A program made the translations under genes and the position numbers. Under the pieces are notes generated by a model. That model saw only the letters and a program-made list of their open reading frames with translations. It did not search any database and had not been told where the DNA came from. Positions 40,369-53,196 of a stretch of DNA of 64,000 nucleotides are shown piece by piece. Positions within the stretch are counted from its first letter, which is position 1, and each line of letters begins with the position of its first letter. This DNA comes from Trichosphaerium sp. ATCC 40318 (taxonomy: Eukaryota; Protista; Tubulinea). Location: contig JALMLS010000420.1 in assembly GCA_038496445.1 (NCBI GenBank), positions 620,001 through 684,000 on the forward strand, given 5' to 3'.

Positions 40369-42004
40369 ATGGCAGCGCACAAGGAAGGGTTACTTTATTT
40401 ACAAACGACACAATCGTATACGCCATTGGTAGCAGATCAGTATGTGTTAAACAAGCTTACCGGCAAAACTATCCGAAAGCAGACGATCTCCCAATTGTGC
40501 TGTCCCACAGTGGATCCGGCTTCTGTAGAAGCAATTGTTCTTCCAGAGGCAAAAGCTATTAAATCTGAACCAACAGAGACAGTTCCAAAGTACACTAAGA
40601 CCGTGCGCAACAAAGAAAACGTAAATCGAGGCAACGTGGCTGTCCGCGCACCTACAAAAAAACCCAAGGTACTTCAACTAGTTAGCTAGCCTCTCCGTTT
40701 ACGCCACGTAGAAAGTGCGAGAACGACGCTCGCAAACAGTATCTGGTCGTGTAAAAAAAACTCCAGTGAGAAAACGCACGTTTAACACTGATTCTTATGT
40801 ATCTAACTTGCTATAGCCACTGGCAGTAGAAAAGATAATTCCCTTGGCGCATTGACAAAGAAATTTATGGCTATGGTGCGTAAATAGCTTTTTTCTTTTT
40901 TGAATCTTAAATACATCCGAGTGCTCTGTAGTATACAGACTCTTAACGCTCTGTGCGCACGTACAAAATATATCCAAGAAGATTTTTTTTTGAATAAACA
41001 GAGTTTTAGCGCCATTTCTTCTAAAATCGTTCTGACGTGTTTTTTAAAGGTTGAAAGCTCAAAGGGAGGATCTCTTGACCTTAATATTGTATCAAAAGAA
41101 TTATCAGTTCAAAAAAGAAGATTGTACGATGTCACTGGTGTCTTGGAAGGTATAGGATTGCTTGAAAAACGCTCCAAAAATCATATTCAATGGAAGTACG
41201 TAACTTTTGTCCACATCCTGTTGATTTCTGGGTATTCACAAATTTTTTTTAGAGGCGGTCTACAACCTGCTAATGCACAAGATACCACTCAATTGAGTGG
41301 TATTCGAGATGAAATTCAAGCGCTTAAGAGCCGTGAACAAGAATTAGATAAACTCGTTAGTGAACGACAGAATGGATTAAAAGGATTGGTTTCACAGGGT
41401 TCACTGTTTTCTTACGTATCTCATGATGATATCCGTAACATGCCTGGTATGGAAGATCAAACGATAATTGCTGTGAAGGCTCCTACAGGGACACGCCTGG
41501 AGGTACCTGATCCAGATGAGGTATGTGTTTGCTCCATTTTTTCTGTCTTTTGCATCCGAGTAGCGGTCATTCTGGAATTCGTGTTTTCTTTGAACCTACT
41601 GGCGTTGCTGTGACTTCTTTGTTTTCTTTCATGCTTACTTTGATTGTATAGGATATGACACATGGTCGGCGACGATATCAAATTTTTCTTAAGAGCGATG
41701 GCCCAATTGATGTCTACTTGGTTTCTAAATTCGATCCTCAAGTTGCTGTACGCGTCTATCTTTTGATTAGTGGTAGTTTAATGGCTTATTAAATTGTTGT
41801 TTAGGAACCGTCAATATACGCACCAGAGACACAGTTACCAGTTAAACCGCCAGTTGACGCTGCTGATATTGATGCTTATCTTAATCTTTACACAAACGAT
41901 ATGGAGTTATCGGAACTGGGTATGTGGTTGCTACTTGTAGCTTTGCTGGTTCATTCAATGACGTACTTACTCGTGTTGTAGGCGTTACAGATTTCTACAA
42001 GTGA
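40369..42004 (+). CDS. E2F: E2F transcription factor
   Basis: '[14 protein letters not shown]', '[28 protein letters not shown]', coiled coil, '[17 protein letters not shown]' and marked box '[16 protein letters not shown]'. Confidence 0.93.
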
Positions 42005-42237
42005 TCAGTTATCAGTAATTTTAAGCTTACCTCTTGTCACGATTTTCTAAAAGAGGTTACGTGAAGATTGATACTTATAAACAGTTTTTGCGCGTTGTAC
42101 AAAAAAAAAAAAGGAATTGTAAATAAATAGTAATGAATTAATTAATTAACCTCGTTGTGTGGTTCGTTTGGGTGGTGTCTAAGTGAGAGCGGTTTTTTTT
42201 GTTAAGTCAGTTTGTGAAAAGGTGCTGGACTGAGGCA

Positions 42238-43285
42238 ATGCGAAAGGTGCTTGCGACTGATCGTATGTACATACGTTTTAGGCGTTATTAATTTGTTTTA
42301 GGTTTATCAGAACCTTTGAATTACCCAAGCAGGTTCAAACACCATTTTTTGGTTCCTGGTTACTTTTTCTAATGTTTTAACGCATTATTAGTGCCTTTAT
42401 CTCTAGATTATCGCATGAAGAGCTTACAAATACTTCCAACGCTCCGAAGCGATCGTTGGATGAAATAAAAGACCATTTAGCAACTGAAGAAATAAAATTA
42501 GAGCACGTTGATCGAATTTTGATTTAAACGCTTATGGATCTACTAGAACCGTTCGTGGCATGATTTTGAAGCAATTGCACTCTGTACAAGTACTCTACAA
42601 ACTAGTTACAGTTTAAGTTACTCACTGTCAATCAAGGTTGAGGAGAAAACATTCATTAAGCTTCTAACAACTATACGTAACGAAGCATCTTCCGTACACA
42701 ACTATCGTGTTTTTCATGACCTAAACGTTTTACAGCAAGGCCGATACGCGAAGCCTACTACCACTCAAATACCAGTAACGTCTACCAATCAAATAGCAGT
42801 AACGCAAACTCCTGAACCATCAGGTTATAACCCTTATGATGAAGATATGGGTCGTGAAGAAGATGAAGAAGATGATGATGATTATTCTTCTGATGGAGAC
42901 GCGACGGAGAGGTTTCTTAATAGTATGTTGTAATACAACAAAAGTGGTATTAATTATACTCTCTAAGAGCATAGAGGTAAGCTTGAAGGAAATAAACCTA
43001 AAGGAGATAAACTTGAAGTACACAAAGGAGATAAGATTGTTGAAGATAAGAAGAAAGGAGATAAGCTTGATGGAGACAAGCAGCATGGAAATAAGGTTGA
43101 ACCCGATGATGAGCCTGAAGAAGAAGATGATGAAGAAGAGGACAGTGACGATGAAATGAGTGCTGTACGTATTTACATAAACATAATCCAATTTCTAAAC
43201 TTTTTAATTCAAGATTCTCAACAAGTACAAAGGAAATGACTCGGATGAAGATATGCTGGACATGGCAGATGATTATTATATGTAA
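42238..43285 (+). CDS. Hypothetical protein with very acidic (D/E-rich) C-terminal half
   Basis: Spliced frame MRKVLATDRLSEPLNYPSRLSHEELT...LETVRGMILKQLHS, with a long E/D tract at 42840-43260. Confidence 0.6.
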
Positions 43286-43446
43286 AGAGAAACAAAGAGT
43301 TTGTGAATTAACAAGAAACCAAATAAAACAAAAAAACTGTATTTTTAAACAAAAACTTCACTAACTAAAATTTTTTTTTTATTTGAGTTTTCTATCAACA
43401 CAACGCACAGTCTATATAAGCTTCCTATTTAAAATCATCAAAATTG

Positions 43447-44784
43447 TCACTGGGATAATGGTGCTTCTTCTTTCTTTATAGCCTTACTCTTAAGTGTACC
43501 ATCAGCGTTCCACTCTGAAACATCACCAACATCGTCATCATTTAGTTTTGTACAAGACTTAGCCAACTGTCCATTCAAATGCCACTCTTTATACGAACCA
43601 TTCTTTTTACCTTTATCCCAGTAACAATGCATATACAACTGTCCAGTGTTATACCACTGTTTATACTCACCATGATAAAGACCATTTATATTAATAGCTT
43701 TAACATGAAGTTGACCGTTTAAATGCCATTCCTCATACGGTCCATTATCTTTACCGTTATTCATAGTAGTCCTCATAAAAATCTGACCGGATCTATGCCA
43801 TTGTTGATAAGATCCGTGTTCAACTCCATTAATTTTATTACTATGAATGAACATTTGTCCATTATCATGCCATTGCTTAAACTCTCCGTGTTTCTTACCT
43901 TCCTTAAAAGTACAATCAACATGAAGCTCACCATTCTTATGCCATTGTTTAAAAATGCCATGTTTCTCTCCTTTAACATATGTACACTCCATACAAACTT
44001 GTCCGTTTGAATGCCATTGTAAAAACTTACCTTCGTGAAGATCATTTTTTTTAGTACACAAGATATGCTGTTGACCGTTCTTATACCACTCTTTATACTC
44101 ACCTTCATCTTTACCATTAGTAACCATAACATTTATAAACAACTGTCCGTTATTATGCCATTGTCTATACTCACCATTCTCGACACCATCATTCTTAAAA
44201 CTTTGAATAAAAAGTTGTCCATTTTCATGCCATTGCTTAAACTCACCGTGTTTCTTGCCTTTTCTCTTTGTACAAAGAACATGTAGTTGTCCTGTATAAT
44301 ACCATTGTTTATACTCTCCTTCAGTTACACCATTCTCATTATAACAAGAAATATAAAGTTGTCCGTTTTTGTGCCATTCTTTGAACTCTCCGTGTCTTAC
44401 GCCTTTTTTAAAGTTTCTTGATGTTTTTTTAGCTCCGTTCGCATACCACGTCAACCAAGCGCCATGTTTGCGAAGGTTGACGTCATAGTGCGTAGCTTTA
44501 GCAGCCTTAGCGGACAGGCAATGCCATTTAGCGAAAATTTCCGCGTTGAAACCGCAAATTTCTGTTTGAAGCTCGAAAGGAAGTTCCAGTACGTGTGCGG
44601 TGCTTTTCGACGCATTACGAGTGTCTAAAAGTAAGAGTGAGCTTAAAACAGTTGAATCGTTAAAATATGATCTGTTTAAAGCCTGTTGGCGTTGGGTATC
44701 GTTCAGGATAATCGCTGATCGCGTAATTTTGTAAAAAACAAAATGGCGCTAATTGTACTTACACTCTTTTTTGGGTTCGCCCAT
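43447..44784 (-). CDS. F-box-like + MORN-variant repeat protein, copy 5 (longest, about 13 repeats)
   Basis: First exon MGEPKKE plus one intron, then 'VLELPFELQTEICGFNAEIFAKWHCLSAKAAKATHYDVNLRKHGAW' in frame with the 335-aa repeat ORF. Confidence 0.88.
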
Positions 44785-45336
44785 TGCAAACGCCTTGCTC
44801 CTTCTGACTCTTTCTTTACGTAGTATGGCAAACAAGGAAAGTCAAACCACGTCAAAACGCGAATACTACAAAATTGGGCTTTTTGGTTTATCGGGTCAAA
44901 TGTACAACCTGAAACCTCGCTGTTGGCAATAGCGTGTAGAGAACTACCAAAACCTCGGATCACAAGACACGGTCGAACCCGGGCACGTGGATCTAGTAAC
45001 GCGTGTTGTATGGTTATGTGCAGGTTCTTTCGTGCTGAAAACTACAAAAATCTTTCACAACATCACACTTGCTCACTTGTTTACAGCCTTTAGCACCCTC
45101 GTTATAATACTGCAGAGCTTGAATACTCACCCCGATGTTACATCTATATCTGGCGCTTCAGATAATCCTTGTATCCACGTGCGGTTTGTAATACACAGGT
45201 AACATTGCTGAACCTACTATCATATTATGTTCGTATGGCATTAGGATACAAATAATGAAGTGGTTAAAGTATGTTGAACTATTTTAAGGTTTATTTCTAA
45301 TATTAAGGACATTGTCTAAAGCTAAAGGAAGCATTC

Positions 45337-47273
45337 TTAGGAGAGTGCAAGTAGCAAACCAATGAATAATGCTACGCCCAAGATGGCTTCAACAAGAGTG
45401 AGCTAGCAGAATAAAAATAGGTTGTTTTGTACCAAGCGATGCTGTTTGAGACTTGTTGCCAGTGGAAGGAGCTGGTGTTGTTGCATTTGTCGGAGAAGGA
45501 GGAGGTGTAGCCTAAGGTTTTGTGTTAGGTCGTATGCAAATCTTGTATTAGACTCACAATGCCGGTTGTGAATGCCAAGTTAGCACAAGATTCAGACGCT
45601 TCAATGTGTGCTCTAATAACTTGGTTTACGCGTTCGCTCCTAGATTGAATTAGAACGAATGATAACCCAACAGTATCGTACTTGAAACCATGTTTCCCTA
45701 CTTCTCCCATGACTAATGCAAGTTGGCAGTAGGACCAACAAGGTGGCTTGTTGAGAGGTCCTGAACCAGTAACACAGTAACTCATACATACACCTGTAAA
45801 TAAAACGTCAGAAAACTTGAACTTGATTTAGACTCACCTGCATCTGGAGGTACTGGCCCATTGTTTCCACAGTTATCTATAACGGGATCGTACTGACCTG
45901 TATCATGAGTATGGTGAGACCCTACTAGATGACCAATCTAACCTTGTTAAATTTTCCAACATTGGCGGTACTACAAATAGTATGTCGTACTTCATGTGCG
46001 ATAATATATGGGTCATGAATGGCATCAAATTCAGTAGTACCATAGGTTCCAGAAATACCGGCTTCGCAATACTTGTATTCTTCACAAAGGCCACCTATTC
46101 AAATAAGTAGTTACCCTCCCTTAAAAAAAGAACCAATACATACCGACTCTTTGAGCATATCCGCCTGCCCTTCCACCTCTCAGTGCAGCCCCAACATTGA
46201 ACTCAAGATTCGGAAAGCTACTTTCAATGTATGTTTTCATTGCTGTAGCGTCCCCTGCACCAGGAGAATTTAAACCGAGATGAACAACATCTATTGTTGC
46301 AAAGAAATCGCGTTCATACATAGCAGATACCTAAAAATAGATGAAAAAAAACCCAGCACGTGACCTGAAATAAAACGTAATAAATAGGGAAACGGTGTAT
46401 ACCACGCCAATAATTGTCATCATGTAATCACGTGCTTCTTCAGAACTATTAAACTTGTCTCTGAAAGCAGTATCAGTTTCAATTGCACCCTTAAGGTGAT
46501 ATGTCTTCCCGTTTGTAGTTGATAACCCATTGCTCTCTTCAGCACGCTTTCCAGAAGGGTGAAAGCGTGTCAAATCAGGTTCGGGAATATTACTGCGATG
46601 CTTGGTTGAGCAAGAGTAGTCAATGACTTCGTCATGAACATTTCCTTGTAGCTCTCCCAACGCGAGAGAATCATTAAATTGAACATGGTGATGGTCTCCG
46701 TTAGACCAATGCACCATACCCCTAAAAAGGGACCCAGCGTTAACAGTTAGAACCTACCCAAAATATCAACAAGAAAATGAGAATTGTTAACTGAAGTGAC
46801 AAATTAACACAAAAAACCTTACCACTATACTTTTTTGATCGTTCGAAACGTGCCCTGTATACACAGTGGCCTGTTGATCCATGTCAGTAGCTTCTTTTCC
46901 TTCAATGTAAACTAGAAACTTGTAATCTGAAGAAACTATGATTCACAATACCGCGAGGCGTTGACAAATGTTTCTTCAATTTAAACTCAAGCTCTGGCTC
47001 ATTTTTATCGTAGTGACGAATACCATACACGTTGAAAGCAGTGCTAATTGTTAAATTAAAATTTGCTACGCTAGCGAATACCAGAAAGGCGATTTCTGCT
47101 CAAGAGGCATTGAAACCGTTTCTACATACGCACCCTGCTTCTATTGAACGTTTGTTGTAGGAGCCAAGAATAAAATCTTTAGCGTGGATACGCAAGACCC
47201 CAGGATTGAGAGAAGTTGATACAGCGACTGTACAGAATACAATGCATGCAAAGTAAAACTGAACGGGAGCCAT
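45337..47273 (-). CDS. Secreted/GPI- or TM-anchored reprolysin-like (M12B-type) zinc metalloprotease
   Basis: Signal peptide MAPVQFYFACIVFCTVAVS, 'IIAHE|IGHLVGSHHTHD' (HExxHxxGxxH), Met-turn 'GVCMSYC' and a hydrophobic C-terminus. Confidence 0.85.
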
Positions 47274-48044
47274 GGTTGTTAACGGTGGTCAGGTTTATTA
47301 ATACAACAACTGGCATTTTGAAGTGTGCACGTTTATAAAACTTGGGATACCGCGAGAAAATTATAGGCTCCAGTCCACACATTCATGTTCAATACTACTT
47401 CATATGCCGTTTGTTTTGATCGCAGCGATCAGTTCACAATCGCATCGCAAATTCGCAAGTACTACTATAGAGGAATGAAAAGGAAATTGCTAGCTCCATG
47501 TATTGTTTTGTTATGTGGTATGAAGTTCATCTCACATGCGAAACCTTTTTGTTAGCTCAGCAGCATTCTAACTTGTAACGAAAACTGAACATTTTAGGAT
47601 TAAACCACGTGCCATGAAATACTCGTGGCTATGCCAATTTCACTTTCTTTAAATTTTCTTATCTCCTTCGTCCACTCTATGTGTAGAACTTTGTCTTTTA
47701 AAGATTATCAAAATAGCGTGCATTAGAAAAGCGTAGTTAGTGGCTAAAAACAAGCAACAATAACCAATCACACTGAGTACAGGAGAAGGTTAATTTAAGC
47801 CAAAAGTTGTATCAGTACAGTGTCCTTAGTCTTGACGAGATCATATATACTTCATGCATCTTAGTACCATTGTTATGCTTTTTGTTGGTAATGTTGTGCA
47901 GATTGCCAAAAGATAAAAAACGGATACGCAAGTGCATTAAGTTAGGCAAATTCAATAGAGATGTTTAGCATAGATAATTATATTGTAGATCTCTTATAAA
48001 GTACTTCAAATTGACTATCAAAATTTATTGGTCTGCTCCTTTTT

Positions 48045-50302
48045 CTACTCTTTACGGGCGATACCGCCTTTGCTCATTGGTAAGTATTTTTTTGCTTCTG
48101 TCATTTGACGCTCCATGAACCACACGTTACCTTTTCCAACCGAGCTATCGCTGACTTCAGCCATTACTTTCTAAAAAAAAAGTTAAGAAGGTTGTTTGGA
48201 CAATCCTAAAACGTACAGCTGCCTTCTCATACTCCACAACCAATTGCTCAACGGCTTGTTCAGCAGATTCCTTAGCAGCATCAGCCGCTTGGCGTGCCGC
48301 AACTGCTTCGGCTGCTGCCTTTTCAGCAGCAGCTTGAGCTTCATCTGCGGCTTGTCTTGCGGCTGTTGCTGCGGCAGCAGCTTGGTCCGCAGCTTCACGT
48401 GCAGCGACAGCTTCCTTATGAGCAGCATCGGAAATCTCACGGTACTGGATAGCTTGTCTTTCTGCCTCGTCGGCTTCTTCACGTGCTACTACAGCAGCTC
48501 CATGTGCCAAATCGGCTTCTCTTCTAGCACTTACAGCAGCTTGTTTAGCAGTCTCAGCTTCATCTCTTGCTTTCTTCGCAATATTATGAGCTTCTTCAGC
48601 TGGCAAGCGTGCTTTCTCTAGAAAGAGGTCAGGATACACCACAACTCTACACAAAATGTGTACCTGCTCTTTTTGTTGCTGCTTCTTGAGTGATCTTTGC
48701 ACGACGCAAAGGAAGAGGGTCCTACAAAGACGTCAGTCGAAATACATAGTAAGAAAACAGCAATAAAACAAAGTATACCTCTGCTAAGTGCACAGCAAGA
48801 TCAGCTTTAGCTCTACCACGTGTAACTACGCCACCAACTTCACATTTTTGTTTTAAATCCTCAGTCTTTGCATTGTACGCATTTTCTTGTTCCTAATACA
48901 AAGTCAGCACTTGTTCTCGGTAATTTCTATCGTACTTGTAGCTCCTTTAATGCTTTCCTTAGCTCGTCCTCTGCAGCCCGAAGTTCATCAGCACGTGCTC
49001 TTGCTATTTCTTCCTTTGAAGCTGCTTCAGCGGCTGTTGTTATTGCCTGGTCTTCTTTTGCTTTTGCGGTTACAGCAGTAGACTTTGCGGTAGCTTCCTT
49101 ATTCCTTGCTTCACGAGCCTTATCTTTAGCATCCTCTTCTTTAAGTCTGGCGTCTTCAGCTTTTTCTCTAGCTGCGCTTTCCATCTTTTGAGCTTCAGCG
49201 GCCTACAAGGACTCAACATAAACAAGTCCGGCTCTGGTTTTAGCATGCTTGTTTCGGACTTACACTGGCTTTAGCTTCATCTTCCCTTGTTTTGGCAGCT
49301 GCTGCTTTTTGCTGAGCATCAGCTTCTTTTGCTTTGGCGTCAGCTTCTTGGGCACGTGCTTCTTTGGCTGCGGCTTTTGCTGCCTCTGCTTTTTCTTGAG
49401 ACTCTTTCAAAGCGTCTGTTACTTTTTTAAGTGCAGCTTCAGCCTTTTTAACCTCTTCTGGGTCACCCTAAAAATAAACAAAGTACGTTACAAAGGAGGA
49501 GATGTAGAAACGTCAAACGGTGCCAACGTACTTGAGGTTTTTGGCAGAAATCTTCGATAACCTTTCCGTTTTTGTAGAGACAGTACCTACAAGGAAGAAA
49601 TGTTAGTTCGGTGTTTACGTATGTTTTTTTTGTAATCAAAGACGTACTCTATTAAAGCGAGGCGCTTGTTAAAGTCTAAATCAGCTTTTGATAGCTCCAC
49701 GCGAAGTTCCTTGACAGTTTTTGTTTCACCTTTTTTTGGACAATCAATCACGTGTCACGAAGAGATGTTATCCAAACCATATGTAAGACGTACCAATACT
49801 CTCCAAGAACCTATGAGCACCGAACTAGATATACATTAGACAAAGTAAAGCGAGACAACAAAAAATTTTCGATTCAGTTTCCAAAACAAAAAAAATGATC
49901 ACGTACTTCGTCTAAATCATTTCCTTCTTCTCTTTTAGCAACATCAAGCTCTATGAATTTCTGGACCCAGTTCCAAACGTCTTCAGCCGAGTCTAGAAAG
50001 AATAACAGTTAACGAACATCTTAAAGTATCGAAAGCGATACTCACCTTTACAGTCCTCCCAATAAGCATTGAGAAAGGCCTATCCAAATACCGTTAAAAT
50101 CAAAAAAAAAAGATAAAAAGGCTTTTTCTTTCAACCGAAAAACTTTGCGAAATAATACGTTAGGCACGCATTACAGAGCGCTATCTTATCAAAAGAAAGC
50201 AGTCAAGGGGTTAAAAAATCGTTGGTGTCATCATACCTTGCCTTGGTCCATGTAAACCATGTTGGTGAAGTCTGAAAAAGCGTATTGAACAGGAGCAGCC
50301 AT
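48045..50302 (-). CDS. Protist 'TolA-like' EF-hand/coiled-coil Ala/Glu/Lys-rich protein
   Basis: 'FLNAYWED..|SAEDVWNWVQKFIELD', 'AHRFLE', 'GETKTVKELRVELSKADLDFNKRLALIE|Y', a long coiled coil and 'GSVGKGNVWFMERQMTEAKKYLP'. Confidence 0.75.
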
Positions 50303-50758
50303 TGTTGTGATGAACTAAGCGATTTGTGTTTGTGCACAATTACTTATAACGAAAACAAGCAGTCTTTGCAGTATTGTAAGCGTAAGTGCGCTGTAAGATA
50401 CAATACTATCACGTGTTAAGCCACGTGATGCAGAAAGCGAGCGACAACTTTTTTTTAATTTTTTTGAGCCAAAAAAAACCGTTAACGGACGAAACCTCAA
50501 CGTGTGATTAAACCGACACCAAATACTCGCCACATAAAGCAAACTGGTTAAAAAACTTTTGTACATTAACGGTTTATTTAAAAGGTCTAATGGGTGACTG
50601 GCACGCTCAAAAATACAGCTCTCTTGCGTTCAAGCAGGTATTCGATCAAAGGTAATGTCGCTGACGAGCGCAATACACTACTACAAGTAAGGTAACTGAA
50701 AACGGATACAGGCCAGTCACAAAAAAGCCTTTGGCTATGAGATTTTCTTGTTTCTTTT

Positions 50759-52744
50759 TTATTCTAATTCTATCATCAGTTTAGATTCCTCTTCTTTTCT
50801 GTTTTTTCTTTCTTCTTCTTCAATATCTATCATTGTATCTTTTAATCTTTTACCTCTTGTTTCTATTGGAAGAAGAAGGGAACATATAGCTCCTACAACA
50901 CCACACCCTACAAAAACACCAACTGGTATCTGAATCGAAATACTTGCAAGTGAATTAGAGAAGAAAGGAGTTGCTATCGATGATACTTTTGAAGCAGCAG
51001 TAGCAACACCAAGAGATGTTGCCCGAAGACTTGTAGGATATGCTTCTGGAGTGTAAACAAACAACAGACAGTATGAAGCCATTATAGCCATCCTAGCTAT
51101 GAATAGAGCTACAGCACCAACAACAGAACCTAAATGGTATAGTCAGTTAGAACATGGTTTGCGCTGGCAAGGTTTGTGTACCAACATCGAAAAACAACAC
51201 TGCAACAGAAGCCGAGCAAAGTGTTAAGCTTATTGCAGACAATCTCTTCCTCCCAATGCAGTCTATAATTAACGCAGGGAAGAACAGACCAGGAAGCTGT
51301 TCACATTATTGTTAAAACCAATTCCTTGAAAAGACTCGTCTTGGATGATGTTAGTACCTCAGCCAATGTTGTGATTACCACTGTTAGATAAACCGTATTT
51401 GATACAACTTGTTCACCTTCATCAGATCCACCAATTATTAAAAAGACTTTGTACCATACGTTAGATTGACAAGCCAGAAATCGTTTATAACTTGTACCTG
51501 GAGTGAATAGAATTACACCATAGTAAAGAAAAGCATTTACCATCCAAATAATCCATACTAGAATTGAAGTACACCTAAAGATAGCAAGTTATAAGCACAA
51601 TGCTATTTGCAAAACAAAACTATACTTGCAGCAAGTTCTTTGAAAACAACTGCAAGAATGGAGTTATTGATGAATGAGGCATCCTCTTTGGTACACGTAA
51701 TGTTCCTTGTGGCATTGGTTTGCTTCGAGGTAGCATTAATAAACAATTATGTCACAAAAAATCTAACCCGTTCATTTGTGCAATCTGGCGCAGTACTACT
51801 ATTGCTTCGTCTTTTCTTCCGTTTATTACAAGCCATCTAGGAGATTCCACTAGAAGAGGGTAGGCTCCAAGTAACATAACGACAGGTACTACAGTAATTG
51901 CAAGAAGGTAACGCCAGCCAAGAGTTGGTAGAACAGCCCTAAGCAATTGTTTAGTTATGTTGCATGTGTTGGAGCTATACCATGCCAGCAAAGCCTCGAA
52001 AAGTGTTCCTACTGTCCAAAACGCCGAGAACAAGAACATACACCTACCACGTGATTTCACAGGAAGGAATTCAGTAAAATATGTGAACACCAAAGCTCCA
52101 CCTAAATAACTATTAATGACCTATCACTATATTTAAAGCCTATACCTCCATCGCCAAAACCACCACCTATACGTATAATAATCAGCCAATAAAAATCAGG
52201 AGCATAGGCCGATGCAAGACCAAACACTGATACGATAATTGTAGTGAACATATAACCCCATTTTCTTCCATATCTACATATCGCGTTAACTCAACTGGAG
52301 TGTTTTGACGCTTGGAAACACGTGATTTACGCTATTTACCTGTCTCCGTACCAACCAAAAAATAAATCGCCAATTAAAATACCTAAAAACGTGCCAGAAG
52401 CAAGAAGCGCCTCTTCGTTCCTGTTTTCATTAAAAACTACCAAAAAAAAAAAGCATACCCTCCAAGACCAAGCTCAATGCGTAGAAATGGTAGTAATAGG
52501 CTCAAAACCATCACTTCTAATGCCTCTACTGCCCATACAGCACCACAAAGGAACATCATTCGAACTTGGAAGCTACCAAAGCCTATAGCATCCAAACACT
52601 GTAATTACACTTGTGTTACATAGTTTTTGTAAAATTTATTTTCTTTATTCAATCTCGTACTTCCTCGACTGTAAACTCGGTGTTCTTAGCATCTACATCA
52701 CTTAACGTACTATTTTTCTCGTGTACATCATCAGGAATGTCCAT
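50759..52744 (-). CDS. MFS transporter, SV2-related (SVOP-like)
   Basis: 'LDAIGFGSFQ', 'YFTEFLPVKSRG', 'LGWRYLL', 'ESPRWL', 'VYTPEAYPTSLRATSLG' and 'LPIETRG'. Confidence 0.9.
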
Positions 52745-53196
52745 CCTTGTGTTGGTTCGTGAAAGCAAATAAGTTGTTTTTCAACAATAGTACGCTTATT
52801 TGAAAGGCGAAATTTATGGGTTGGTTCTATAACAAGTGACATTGTTAACTTACGGATGATGTTGAAAGTAAACAAATTAACATACTAGCTCTCTTACTCT
52901 TATGGATTGGAGTACAAGTAATGTCTACTTCTTTAAAGTTTCCGCTTTCCTTCAGCAAGTTGCTTATTTTGTACTTTGTGTTAGTAGAACATCACGTGCT
53001 TGCTACTGATCATGAGAGTCGTAGGTTCCAATATGACGCTCAAGACACTGTTGCGACGTTGAAGTAGTGATATTCGTTGTACGGAACTGCAATATCTGCT
53101 TTATGGCTCAACAGAAAAAAAAGTTAACTATTTTATTTTGGCTATTTAACAACATGATACAAATGCCTTTTGTTTTTTTTTTCTGTAATGTTACTG

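Noticed and set aside
17743-44454. Toxin-antitoxin system (YwqK-antitoxin-like repeats)
   Set aside because: No adjacent toxin or nuclease ORF is visible and the context is eukaryotic. The repeat similarity alone does not imply a TA pair.
10970-44784. Integrated giant virus or other mobile element
   Set aside because: No capsid, polymerase, packaging ATPase, integrase, transposase or reverse transcriptase and no terminal repeats were found. The MORN genes are interspersed with ordinary intron-rich host genes.
44965-45000. tRNA-like GGTTCGA on the minus strand
   Set aside because: There is no T-stem pairing or cloverleaf. The region may instead hold a small divergent ORF starting at 44825 that I cannot support.
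48196-49560. Plus-strand ORFs over the coiled-coil gene, and similar antisense ORFs over MORN, mucin and acidic genes
   Set aside because: These are shadow ORFs arising from low-complexity codon usage on the coding strand.
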